DNA of 64,000 nucleotides from Candidatus Palauibacter sp. (lineage in GTDB: Bacteria; Gemmatimonadota; Gemmatimonadetes; Palauibacterales; Palauibacteraceae): contig NZ_OZ253465.1 of the NCBI RefSeq assembly GCF_965261555.1, forward strand, positions 878,667 through 942,666, in the 5' to 3' direction. Below are positions 51,277-60,295 of the stretch, in pieces. Under the pieces are notes generated by a model, which was given only the letters and a program-made list of their open reading frames with translations, was not told the origin of the DNA and did no database searches. The position numbers were made by a program, and so were the translations under genes. Each line of letters opens with the position of its first letter. Position 1 is the first letter of the stretch.

Positions 51277-52427
51277 ACGTGCGCGAGACCGAACGGGAGT
51301 ACGCGCTCGAGGTGTTCCCGAAGCGCGACATCGCGGTCGTGCGGGGCGAGGGCGCATGCGTGTGGGACGACGAGGGTCGCCGCTACATCGATTGCGTGGG
51401 CGGGATCGGCGTGGCGAGCATCGGCCACGCCAACCCGGCCGTCGCCGAGGCGCTGGCGGAACAGGCTCGGGTGCTCGTGTCCTGTCCGGGGATCTTCTAC
51501 AACGATGTCCGGGCGCGGTTGCTGGCCGAACTCGTCTCGATCGCGCCGGCGGGGCTCACGCGCGCCTTCCTCTGCAACTCCGGGGCGGAGGCGGTGGAGG
51601 CGGCGATCAAGTTCGCGCGGCTTGCGACCGGACGGGCGGGGGTCGTGTCCGCGATGCGCGGCTTCCACGGGCGAACGATGGGAGCGCTGAGCGCGACGTA
51701 TAAAAGGGAGTACCGGGAGCCGTTCGAGCCGCTCGTGCCGGGGTTCTCGTTCGTGCCGTTCAACCACGTCGAGAAGCTGCGCGCGGCCGTGGGCGACGAC
51801 ACGGCGGCGGTCATCATCGAACCGGTGCAGGGAGAGGGCGGGGTGCGGCCGGCCAGCCCGGACTATCTGTCGGCGGCGCGCCGCATCTGCGACGAGGCCG
51901 GTGCGGTCCTCGTGTTCGACGAGATCCAGACGGGCTTCTGTCGCACCGGCCGCATGTTCGCCTGCGATCGCTACGGCGTTGCGCCGGACGTTCTCTGCCT
52001 CGCGAAGGCGATCGCGGGCGGCGTGCCACTGGGAGCGGTCCTGGCGCATGAACGGCTGCAGCCGCCGCCCGGGCGGCACGGCACGACTTTCGGCGGCAAT
52101 CCGCTCGCCTGCGCCGCCGCCCTGGCCGCGATCCGCTTCATGCGGGATGAGCGGCTCGACGAGCGGGCGGAGGCGCTGGGCGCCCGCTTCAGCGAGCGTT
52201 TCGCCCGGCGGCGGCCGGGTCGCGTGCGCGCCGTGCGGCAGGTCGGCCTCATGATCGGCGTCGAACTCCGCGAGCGCTGCCGACCCTACCTGGGAGCTCT
52301 CGCGGAGCGGGGCGTCCTCGCCCTCCCGGCCGGCACCACGGTCATCCGGCTGCTGCCGCCGCTCGTGATCACCGAAGCGCAGATCGACGAGGTGGCGGAT
52401 ACGCTGACGGAAGTACTGGCCGACTGA
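51273..52427 (+). CDS. lysJ: LysJ/ArgD-type class-III aminotransferase
   Basis: PLP-dependent acetylornithine-aminotransferase pattern ...DCVGGIGVASIGHANP...FLCNSGAEAVEAAIKFAR...VFDEIQTGFCRTGRMFA...LAKAIAGGVPLGAV... Confidence 0.8.
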   Translation: MNVRETEREYALEVFPKRDIAVVRGEGACVWDDEGRRYIDCVGGIGVASIGHANPAVAEALAEQARVLVSCPGIFYNDVRARLLAELVSIAPAGLTRAFLCNSGAEAVEAAIKFARLATGRAGVVSAMRGFHGRTMGALSATYKREYREPFEPLVPGFSFVPFNHVEKLRAAVGDDTAAVIIEPVQGEGGVRPASPDYLSAARRICDEAGAVLVFDEIQTGFCRTGRMFACDRYGVAPDVLCLAKAIAGGVPLGAVLAHERLQPPPGRHGTTFGGNPLACAAALAAIRFMRDERLDERAEALGARFSERFARRRPGRVRAVRQVGLMIGVELRERCRPYLGALAERGVLALPAGTTVIRLLPPLVITEAQIDEVADTLTEVLAD

Positions 52428-52713
52428 CGCCGACCGGGAGCCGCCGGACCGTCGATTCCCGGATGCCCGAATCGACCGGACTCCGGAATTCGTTCGCGGA
52501 GGGGGACTGGACGGTCGCGGAGGGGGATTGGACGGCGCTATGCCGAGCCGAGGAGGTCGCCACGAGTCTTGCGATCACGTGGACACCGCCCAATCCCCAC
52601 TCGCACGCATACGATAGCTGATCGTATGCGACCTGGGAGCGACAGGCAACCGTGAATTGACGACAATTTGACGACATTCGAGTGTTGTGGAGCGACGAGC
52701 AGCAGACTCCCGC

Positions 52714-55320
52714 TTACGGGGTCGCTAGACGAACCACAGCTGTCGTGCGTTCCGCAGTGTCCGGGGGAAACGTAATGCGTACGGTCGCGGGGTTGGCGAG
52801 GGCAGTCGTTGCGGCGCCCTCCACGACGTCAGGTTCGACTGTGGCGCCGAAGATTCCGAGCTCGTAGCTCCGACCCGCTAGCCCCTCCACCTCGAGAATC
52901 CAGCCACCGGGATCCGCGGTGAAGTCGAGGATGCGCAGGCCGCTGCTCCCTTGACCGGGCTCAAGGTCGATCCGGGGCGGCGCGATCGCGAGTCCACCAT
53001 TCCATGTCACGACGATTTCCGCGCGATCGCCCGCAGGGCCGGCCTCGCCGAGCGTCATCTCCACCGTTCCATCCTCGGTGACTTCGGTGGCTACGCCGTT
53101 CACGGTGATGGAGACGTCACGCGCGCCCGCCGGCACGTCGGGTACGAGGCCGAATGTCAGCGCAGGCCCCCTGGTCGTGAGCGTCGTCCGCTGCTCCCCG
53201 CCTTCCTCCGTCCACCGTTGTCGGATCTCCACGTCCGTCGTCGTCTCCCCGGCTCGGAGCCGTCTCACCGTCACGGCCGGCCAGTCCGGCGGGAGTTGCG
53301 GGGCGAGGCGCACGCGGTCCAGCGGCGCATCGGGTTCCCAGCCGATGACGCCGCGCACTAACGGTGTCACCAGGGCCGAGGTCGCGAAGAACTGGTGGGG
53401 GACGGTCTGATCGAGGGGCTCGTAGAACGTTCCGGACAGCAACTCCGGGTGTCGTCCCAGGCTCCAGTCGAAGGTCATCTGCTTCACCGCGTCCATGAGA
53501 TGGAAGCCGGCCCACGGACGCCGATACCGGTACTGGGCCCACGACACGTATCCCGTCACGAAGGGCCATACCGTTCCCATGTTGTACTGGAGGGGGTGAT
53601 AAAGTTCGCTCTCCGTGGAGAGCATGTGCGCGCCCCAGTCCGACGAGATCCGGTCGCTCGCGAGGTGGGCGAGGGTCGCCCGTGCGCGCGCCTCGTCGAA
53701 CAGGCCGAACGCCGCCGCCGTGGCAGGCCACACGGTGAGGTTGTCGTTGGTTCCGCCATCGGCGAGGATCCCGAAGGCATGGTGTCCCGCGTCGTCCAGC
53801 CAGTACGCGTCGTTCAGGGTCGCCCGCGCGCGGGGAGCGAGCTCCCGCGCCCGGCCCGCGATCCCCGCGTCGCCCATGCGTTCGGCCAACGCCATCGTCC
53901 CTTCAAGCGCCGCCACCCAGATCCCCGCCAGGTAGATGTCCTGGTGGAGCGCGGCCCCGAGGCCGCCGACCTCGACCGCCGCGAGCCCACCCACGGTGTT
54001 CTCGATGATCCCGTCCCCGTCCGTTTCGGCGGTGAGGCACCACGCCCAGGCGCGCCGGTACGCCGGCCACAGTTCCCGCAGGAGGTCGTCGTCGCCGCTC
54101 GCCCGCCAGTACTCGTAAAGGGCGACCATCCAGTAGGGCGTCGTGTCGGCGTGGTAGTAGGCGTACGGGTACACGTCGAACCACGGGATGCGCGCGGCCG
54201 CCTGAGAGATTTCGTGCGTGATCTTGCCGTCCTCGCGCTGGTAGGTCGCGAGAAAGGCGAGTTCCTCCGCCACCAGTTCCCACTGCCCGAGCGCCTCCAT
54301 GGCGAACATGGTCTGCGCCGCGTCGCCGCCGAAGAACCAGCCGAAGCCGGGACGGGTTCCGTTGCGGGAATGGCCCCACCCGGCGACGAACCCGCAGCCG
54401 AGGTCGGGGTTGCAGACGCGCTGCTCCTCCAGGTTGATCTTCGCCCACTCGAGGGCGAGGTCGAGCCGCGGATCCGGCGATTCGATGGAGACGGTGGAGG
54501 CGAGCACCGAGTCGGCCCATGCTCGCTTCGCGTCGTAGAGCGAGCGCGCTTCGGCGATCAGCCGTTCGTAGCTGGCGAAGACCTCCTCGCGGGGCGTGGT
54601 TCCGCCCGCCACCGCGATCGGGATGAATTCCCGCCGCGCGCGCTCCGGGTCGACCGGGATCACCATGGTGCGCGGCGCCTCGCCCAGTTGGTGCGCCGGG
54701 TGTTCCACGGAGTTCACGGCCCACGGAGAGCCGACGACGGCGTTCCTCTCCTGCAGGCTCTCGGAGAGCACGAAGACGCGACGGGCGGCGTCCCAGTAGG
54801 CGTACTGCCCCCCGATCGAACCCGGCCACATGTAGTTCAGCACGGGCTCGAACTCCGCGATGATCTCGAGCGGTTCCGGGCTGTCCACATCGAGCAGGAG
54901 CAGAAGGCCGGGGAGGTCGGCCGGCGCGAGGATGTGCTGGCGCACCCGGAAGGCGGCGTGGCTGTAGGTGATCGTCGTGAGTTCGGGCCGAACCTGCACG
55001 GTGCGCGCGACCTCGTCTCCCGGAATCGGCGTCCCGTAGGCCGGCGTCGAGAAGCCGAGCCGGAAACGGTTCCCGACCTTGAGGGGATGGACCCACAGTT
55101 CCGCTTCGCCCGTCTCGAGCCCCAGCCACGCGGACCGGGGCCCGGTGACGCCGAGATACTCGCCGGGACGCACGGGTCCCGCGAGTTCGATCGGCGAAGG
55201 CGCGATCTCGAAACGCGGAACCCCGGCTGCGGACTGGCCGGAGCCGTTCGCGGGCAGGCCCGCGGCCACCGCGACGAAGAGCGCAGGAAGCGCGACGCGC
55301 GAGTTACTTTCGAGAGCCAT
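52714..55320 (-). CDS. Secreted (alpha/alpha)6-barrel glycoside hydrolase, amylo-alpha-1,6-glucosidase/GDE_C-like
   Basis: Signal peptide. N-terminal beta-sandwich. Central six-hairpin region (...GCGFVAGWGHSRNGTRPGFGWFFGGDAAQTMFAMEALGQWE...GKITHEISQ...YWMVALYEYWRASGD...). C-terminal beta domains. Confidence 0.55.
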   Translation of the reverse strand: MALESNSRVALPALFVAVAAGLPANGSGQSAAGVPRFEIAPSPIELAGPVRPGEYLGVTGPRSAWLGLETGEAELWVHPLKVGNRFRLGFSTPAYGTPIPGDEVARTVQVRPELTTITYSHAAFRVRQHILAPADLPGLLLLLDVDSPEPLEIIAEFEPVLNYMWPGSIGGQYAYWDAARRVFVLSESLQERNAVVGSPWAVNSVEHPAHQLGEAPRTMVIPVDPERARREFIPIAVAGGTTPREEVFASYERLIAEARSLYDAKRAWADSVLASTVSIESPDPRLDLALEWAKINLEEQRVCNPDLGCGFVAGWGHSRNGTRPGFGWFFGGDAAQTMFAMEALGQWELVAEELAFLATYQREDGKITHEISQAAARIPWFDVYPYAYYHADTTPYWMVALYEYWRASGDDDLLRELWPAYRRAWAWCLTAETDGDGIIENTVGGLAAVEVGGLGAALHQDIYLAGIWVAALEGTMALAERMGDAGIAGRARELAPRARATLNDAYWLDDAGHHAFGILADGGTNDNLTVWPATAAAFGLFDEARARATLAHLASDRISSDWGAHMLSTESELYHPLQYNMGTVWPFVTGYVSWAQYRYRRPWAGFHLMDAVKQMTFDWSLGRHPELLSGTFYEPLDQTVPHQFFATSALVTPLVRGVIGWEPDAPLDRVRLAPQLPPDWPAVTVRRLRAGETTTDVEIRQRWTEEGGEQRTTLTTRGPALTFGLVPDVPAGARDVSITVNGVATEVTEDGTVEMTLGEAGPAGDRAEIVVTWNGGLAIAPPRIDLEPGQGSSGLRILDFTADPGGWILEVEGLAGRSYELGIFGATVEPDVVEGAATTALANPATVRITFPPDTAERTTAVVRLATP

Positions 55321-55396
55321 CGTCCCTCCGGTCGTCTCGGATCGGTGCCCTAAACCCTGGTTGACTCGCCGGCATCACGGTAGCCAAGTTCGCCAC

Positions 55397-56434
55397 ATGA
55401 CGACCAGAAGCAATCGAACGTCGACGTACAGCGCTGCGCTGCCGCCGTTTCCCGAAGGCTGGTATTTCATCGGAAAGCGCGCGTCCATCGAGCGCGCGAA
55501 GCTCATCGAGAAGACGTGGATGGGCGAGGAGATCGTCGCCTGGGCCGACGACGAGGGCCGCATCTGCGTGGCGGACGCCTTCTGTCCGCACCTGGGCTCG
55601 CACATGGGACCCGCCGCGGGCGGCCTCGTGCGCGACGGCTGTCTCGTGTGCCCCTTTCACGGGTTCGAATTCGATACCGCCGGCCAGTGCGTGGCCACGC
55701 CCAATGCCCCGCCCCCGAAAGCGGCGAGGTTGAAGCTCTACGAGACGCGGGAGATCCTCGGCATGATCTTCGCCTGGTGGGGGAGCGGCGGGAGACCGCC
55801 GCAGTGGCACCTGCCCGATGAGCCACCCACGGGCGGTGAGTGGTCCGGATTGCGATCCACGACCATGCGCTTCCGCGGCCACCCCCAGGAGACCGCCGAA
55901 AACTCCGTTGATGTGGAGCACCTGGGCTACACGCACGGCTACGACGATGTGGTGCCGACCGACTTTTCGGTCGATGGAGCCTACCTGAAGAGTTGCTTCG
56001 ACTTCAAGAGCGTTCGCCGGATCGCGGGTCTGGCGGATATCCGCTCCGAGGTCTCGGCCGTCACACACGTCCATGGACTCGGCTATTCCTTCGTTGAAAT
56101 CCACGAGACGGCGGTCGGCATAAGGTCGCGCATGTGGGTGCTTTCGACACCGGTCGACGGCGAGTCGGTGGATCTGACGCTGGTCAGCCAGGTGCATGAG
56201 GTCCGCAAACCCCGACGGCGCATCGCGGGTCTGGCCTTCCTGCCCGTGGCGCTGCGCCACAGGCTGCTGAATCTCTTCGTCATACGGGAGGAGAGACGGT
56301 TCGTCCTGCAGGACGTGGTCATTTGGGAAAGGAAGCGCTACCGGTCCCCGCCCAGGCTGTGCCGAGCCGACGGCCCCATCGGAAAGTACCGCAGATACTG
56401 CCGGCAGTTCTACCCGGACCAGGGGGGACGCTAG
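55397..56434 (+). CDS. Rieske [2Fe-2S] non-haem-iron oxygenase (KshA/SdmA/Neverland-type alpha subunit)
   Basis: Rieske ligands CPHLGSHM...CPFHGF. Mononuclear iron motif ENSVDVEHLGYTHG (D-x2-H-x4-H). About 345 aa. Convergent with the P450 gene and overlapping its stop by 4 nt. Confidence 0.75.
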   Translation: MTTRSNRTSTYSAALPPFPEGWYFIGKRASIERAKLIEKTWMGEEIVAWADDEGRICVADAFCPHLGSHMGPAAGGLVRDGCLVCPFHGFEFDTAGQCVATPNAPPPKAARLKLYETREILGMIFAWWGSGGRPPQWHLPDEPPTGGEWSGLRSTTMRFRGHPQETAENSVDVEHLGYTHGYDDVVPTDFSVDGAYLKSCFDFKSVRRIAGLADIRSEVSAVTHVHGLGYSFVEIHETAVGIRSRMWVLSTPVDGESVDLTLVSQVHEVRKPRRRIAGLAFLPVALRHRLLNLFVIREERRFVLQDVVIWERKRYRSPPRLCRADGPIGKYRRYCRQFYPDQGGR

Positions 56435-58476
56435 ACCGGTATCTCGCGGTGTTGCTCGGCGATGTGGAACATGAGCTTCTTGCTCGGCTTCATCGACGGA
56501 AGCGGGTCGAACTTGAACTTGTAGCCCGCCGGCACCTCGAGCCTGAAGTAGTGCGCGATCATCAGCACGTTGACCGCCAGTTGCAGTTCCATCCACCGGA
56601 AACCGAGACAGGTATGCGTGCCCAGCCCATACGGCGCGTACCCCGGACTCTTATGCTCGTCGCGTGGCGGCAGGTAGCGGTCGATGTCGAACGAGAACGG
56701 GTCCGGGAATACATCTTTCATGTAATGGGAGGCCGTAGAGGCGATGAAAATGTTGCTCCCCACCGGCAGTTCGTAGCCCTCGACCACACACGAGTTCATC
56801 ACGGTCCGCATGGACCCCGGGACGACCGGATACATGCGGAGGAATTCCATCAGGAATCGGTGGGTCACATCGATCGACGACCCCGTGATGGCGTCGCCAT
56901 CCGGGTCGCCATCCCCGAACAGCGCATCGGCTTCGCTCCGGATTCGCTCGTAGAGTTCCGGCTGCGTCGCCATGGCGTACACCGCAAAGCTGAGCGCGTC
57001 GCCGAGGTACACGCTGGCGACCAGCGCCGCCGAGAGCGCGAAACGCAGATTCGATTGCGGCACGAACTGCGGGTCGCTCCCGTGCAGGCTGAGCCAGTCG
57101 TCCGCCAGGTCCCGCGGGCATCCGGCTCGCTGTTCGGTGGTATGCACGCTCTGGATCCGCTTCAGCAACGTGTCGACGGTGGCTGCGCGGCGTTTCATGC
57201 CCGGCGTCTTCAGCATGAAGCCGGGCATGGCCTTCATGATCTTGACGGTGAGCGCGCGCTCCTTGTACACCGACAGATCGTCGAAGATGTCCTGTGAATC
57301 GACGCCGACGGACAGAGGCGAAATCTGCGCGTTGGCCATTCGGCGGCAGAGCGACCTCGCCTGGTAGGTGTCGCCGACCTTCCAGTCCGCCATGAAGTTG
57401 CGGGCATACTCGTAGAGAACGTCCGCCTGGTCCGCGAGTCTCCCGCGGGAATACGCCGGCGAGATGGCCTTGCGAAGCCGGAAATGGTCGGCGCCATCCA
57501 GCGACGGCAACACGCCGTTCGCGCCGTAGACTTTCTCGAAGTCGGCGAAATAGTCCTTGGTTCTCACGTAGATCCGGCTGTGCCGGTGTGCCCAGCGATT
57601 CGTCTCCGGGCCGACGAGGAAGAGCATGGGTTCCTTGAACGGCGGGCGGAGCTCGAACACCGGCCCGTACTCCTTCGCAAGTTCCGCGATGATCGCGGGA
57701 AGGTTGCCGGAGCGCAGATGCGGGTTGAGCAGCACGTGACGCAGCTTGACCTTCGGAATGTGCTTGGTGAGGGCCGAACGGCGAAGCAGGGGGCCGGCGA
57801 GGTTGTGTACGACGGCGGCGGCGATGGACCGGCCGATCAGATCCATCCGGCAGATGAACTCGATGCGTTCCTCCGCCTCCTCATCGAGTTGGAAGATGTA
57901 GCGAAAGACATCGCACGTATTGACGAGGCAGATGATGATGACGTCTCTCGGATCCGGAATCTCGTCGGAGAAGATGACCCTCCCGATTCGCGTCCTGGTG
58001 AACTGACGAGCGGTGCCTTCCTCGGCGGCGCCATCCGGTTCGGACTCCCAGGCGCCGCGAGCCAGCGTCCAGAAGTCGCCATCGTGGTGTTCCAGGATGT
58101 TCAATCCGACCAGGCGCTCCAGCGTCCGGTCGATGATGGACTCCGCCCGCGGGGCGAGCCGTTCGATCCAGTACCGGGCGGTCCGTCGATGGGGTGCTTC
58201 CGCGATTTCCTTTAGAAAGGGGTCCAGGACGGGGTCGCCCGTTTCGGTGGGGTCCACGAGGAAAAGGGATTCCATGTCCGTGTCGATGCGCGACAAAAGG
58301 GAGAGTTCCGCGAGCACGGCGCCGGCGACGGCGCAGTTCAACTCCCAGCCGGGGACCTGGTGGAAGTAGCCGCTCTCCTCGTTGAGGAGCATCAGGATCA
58401 ACTCCTCGGGCAGGCTCAGCGCTTGATTGGAAACACTCCCTGTAGGGACGACCATAGGGCTCGACCGCCCGTCCAT
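56431..58476 (-). CDS. Cytochrome P450 fused to an N-terminal GPP34/GOLPH3-like domain
   Basis: C-terminal ~470 aa carry the ExxR K-helix (EFLRMYP), PERF-like PDPFSFDIDRY and haem-thiolate loop YGLGTHTCLG. The I-helix (VYLGDALSF) lacks the usual acid-Thr pair. N-terminal ~200 aa match the GPP34 family (LSLPEELILMLLNEESGYFHQVPGWELNCAVAGAVLAELSLLSRI...). ATG at 58476. An alternative GTG lies at 58503. Confidence 0.75.
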   Translation of the reverse strand: MDGRSSPMVVPTGSVSNQALSLPEELILMLLNEESGYFHQVPGWELNCAVAGAVLAELSLLSRIDTDMESLFLVDPTETGDPVLDPFLKEIAEAPHRRTARYWIERLAPRAESIIDRTLERLVGLNILEHHDGDFWTLARGAWESEPDGAAEEGTARQFTRTRIGRVIFSDEIPDPRDVIIICLVNTCDVFRYIFQLDEEAEERIEFICRMDLIGRSIAAAVVHNLAGPLLRRSALTKHIPKVKLRHVLLNPHLRSGNLPAIIAELAKEYGPVFELRPPFKEPMLFLVGPETNRWAHRHSRIYVRTKDYFADFEKVYGANGVLPSLDGADHFRLRKAISPAYSRGRLADQADVLYEYARNFMADWKVGDTYQARSLCRRMANAQISPLSVGVDSQDIFDDLSVYKERALTVKIMKAMPGFMLKTPGMKRRAATVDTLLKRIQSVHTTEQRAGCPRDLADDWLSLHGSDPQFVPQSNLRFALSAALVASVYLGDALSFAVYAMATQPELYERIRSEADALFGDGDPDGDAITGSSIDVTHRFLMEFLRMYPVVPGSMRTVMNSCVVEGYELPVGSNIFIASTASHYMKDVFPDPFSFDIDRYLPPRDEHKSPGYAPYGLGTHTCLGFRWMELQLAVNVLMIAHYFRLEVPAGYKFKFDPLPSMKPSKKLMFHIAEQHREIPV

Positions 58477-58530
58477 GTAATTTTGAGAAGCACCGGACGG
58501 CACGGCTTGTTCCGGTTGCCGTCGCCATTG

Positions 58531-59061
58531 TCAAGGATGGCGTGACTCGAACATCCAGGTCAAGCCAACGTGCAGGGCCGTTGCATCCGCTTCGGACTCC
58601 GAGGCCCCGCCGGCGCGGAGGGCAGCGGCACGTCCCGCATCCGCACCCTCGATCCAGGAGTGCGAGTAGTCGAAACCGAAGTTCACGCCGCCTCGATACC
58701 AATTCTGCCTGAGTCCGACATCGACCTCGCCGAAGCCGGGTAGCGGCCGCGCGACTTCGTCGTCGGCCGTACCGAAATGACCCCACAGCGCCACGAACGT
58801 GGGTTGCAGGCTGTCACTCAAGTTCTTGGATGCCGCCAGTGCGAGAGTGGTGCCATCTCCCGCATCCCCACCCTCGAACCACGCATACGTATAGCCACCG
58901 AAGGAGCCTGCAAAAAACGACCCGGCGCCCGTGGCGTCGGTTGCGCGCGGTTCACGGAACACCCTGGAAGACTCTGATCCGTCGTGCGGAAGCGGATGCC
59001 GGCACCGGGGGCGAGGACGGTGCTCGCCAACTCGGCCCCCAGGCCAGCGAGTAAAGCGCAC
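58531..59061 (-). pseudogene. Probable remnant of an outer-membrane beta-barrel protein (C-terminal ~120 aa only, no signal peptide)
   Basis: ...GYTYAWFEGGDAGDGTTLALAASKNLSDSLQPTFVALWGHFG...VDVGLRQNWYRGGVNFGFDYSHSWIEG...ATALHVGLTWMFE has alternating amphipathic strands and a terminal W.F as in OMP barrels. The N-terminal part is Arg-rich and lacks a signal sequence. Confidence 0.3.
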
Positions 59062-59260
59062 TCGGTCGATGACCGATGCTGCTTCAGGTGACGGTCGAGC
59101 CGCTCTGCGAGCTTGGCGGCTGGCGGAACGCCAAGACGGTGCTCAACTGCTACCAGAGGCCCGACGAGGGACAGCGGGGGGCATCCGATTGGTGGAGGCG
59201 GTCTCGGCCCGGACGGCAACGGCGACTGGCAGGCCGTGGCGGGGCTTTTGCCACGGGCTG

Positions 59261-60295
59261 CTAGGGTTTGCGAGCCAGGAAACAGTACAGCGGCGTAAAG
59301 ATACCCGTCTTGCCGCCCGCAACGTACGCCTCCGCGGTTCGATCGAGGAGCCGTGCGACTGCCGCCGAGCCATTCGGAAAGAACCGCAGTACCTCGGCCA
59401 GCTTCGATCCCGCGATGATCACCTTGCGGCCCCACGCAAGCCCGCACAAGGCGCTCCCCAACGTCCCGTGGCGACTCTCCATGGGTTGATACCAGGGCGT
59501 GGAGGGTCCTTCCCGAACCTCCCAGTCGCTCCCCTCGATGACCTGGAATCCCGCCCCTTCGAGCGCGTGATTCACTTCCCCGAAGGTGGCGATGTCGTGC
59601 AGCGCAATACCGCGCATGAGGTCCCGCTTGATGGTCCGGTGCCGTGCGTTCCGCGGATCGAACCGGTCCGTCAGACACATTTCCTGACCCCAGAACAGGG
59701 CACCCGGTTTCAGCACGCGGAAAATCTCGGCGAAGGCGCGTTGCTTGTCCTGCGCATGGCACGTTGACTCTATGGCGTAACCCGCGTCGAAGGTGTCGGC
59801 CTCGATGGCGCTCATGTCCGCGAAGCTGCACTTCCTGAAGTCGGTCATGTCCTCCAGCCCCGCCTCGGCGTTCAACTTCTTCGCCTCCGCCAGCTGGATC
59901 TCATTGATGTTGATTCCCGTGACCCTGACACCCGCCTCACGGACGACGCGGCGCATGGGGCCGCCGACTCCACAACCGACGTCGACCACCTTCATGCCCT
60001 GTTGAAGCTCCAACCGGGAGATCATCGCCCGCTGGTGCCGGACCTTGGACTCCTCCGGACTTTCGTCAGGCGTGAGGGGCGCGAAGTGCAGGGATTCACC
60101 CCAGCTCCACACCATGATGCCGTTGCAAAGCTCGTAGTAGTCCCTGACCGTTTCCTCGTGGTCGTAGCCGCCCTCGCCTCCGGCCCGCCCGACCCATCCA
60201 TCGAAGTGTCGCACGCGATGCGCCACGTCCGATCCCCGGTACGCTTCCGTCAGCGCTTTCGACAGTTCGCCCAGCCGCTTCGCGTGGCGCTTCAA
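59261..60295 (-). CDS. Sterol C-24 methyltransferase (Erg6/SMT1-type SAM-dependent methyltransferase with Sterol_MT_C domain)
   Basis: End-to-end similarity to Erg6. YYELCNGIMVWSWGESLHFAP (Erg6 [20 protein letters not shown]). SAM motif VVDVGCGVGGP. AGYAIESTCHA (AIEATCHAP). FRVLKPGALF (YKVLKPGGTF). TPWYQPM (IPWYYPL). C-terminal VAGGKTGIFTPLYCFLARKP (VAGGKSKLFTPMMLFVARKP). A TTG start at 60295 abuts the RND stop. An alternative TTG at 60355 would overlap it. Confidence 0.85.
   Translation of the reverse strand: MKRHAKRLGELSKALTEAYRGSDVAHRVRHFDGWVGRAGGEGGYDHEETVRDYYELCNGIMVWSWGESLHFAPLTPDESPEESKVRHQRAMISRLELQQGMKVVDVGCGVGGPMRRVVREAGVRVTGININEIQLAEAKKLNAEAGLEDMTDFRKCSFADMSAIEADTFDAGYAIESTCHAQDKQRAFAEIFRVLKPGALFWGQEMCLTDRFDPRNARHRTIKRDLMRGIALHDIATFGEVNHALEGAGFQVIEGSDWEVREGPSTPWYQPMESRHGTLGSALCGLAWGRKVIIAGSKLAEVLRFFPNGSAAVARLLDRTAEAYVAGGKTGIFTPLYCFLARKP

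Noticed and set aside
58931-59767. 278-aa plus-strand ORF
   Set aside because: Antisense to the SMT gene over most of its length. Arg-rich. No motif.
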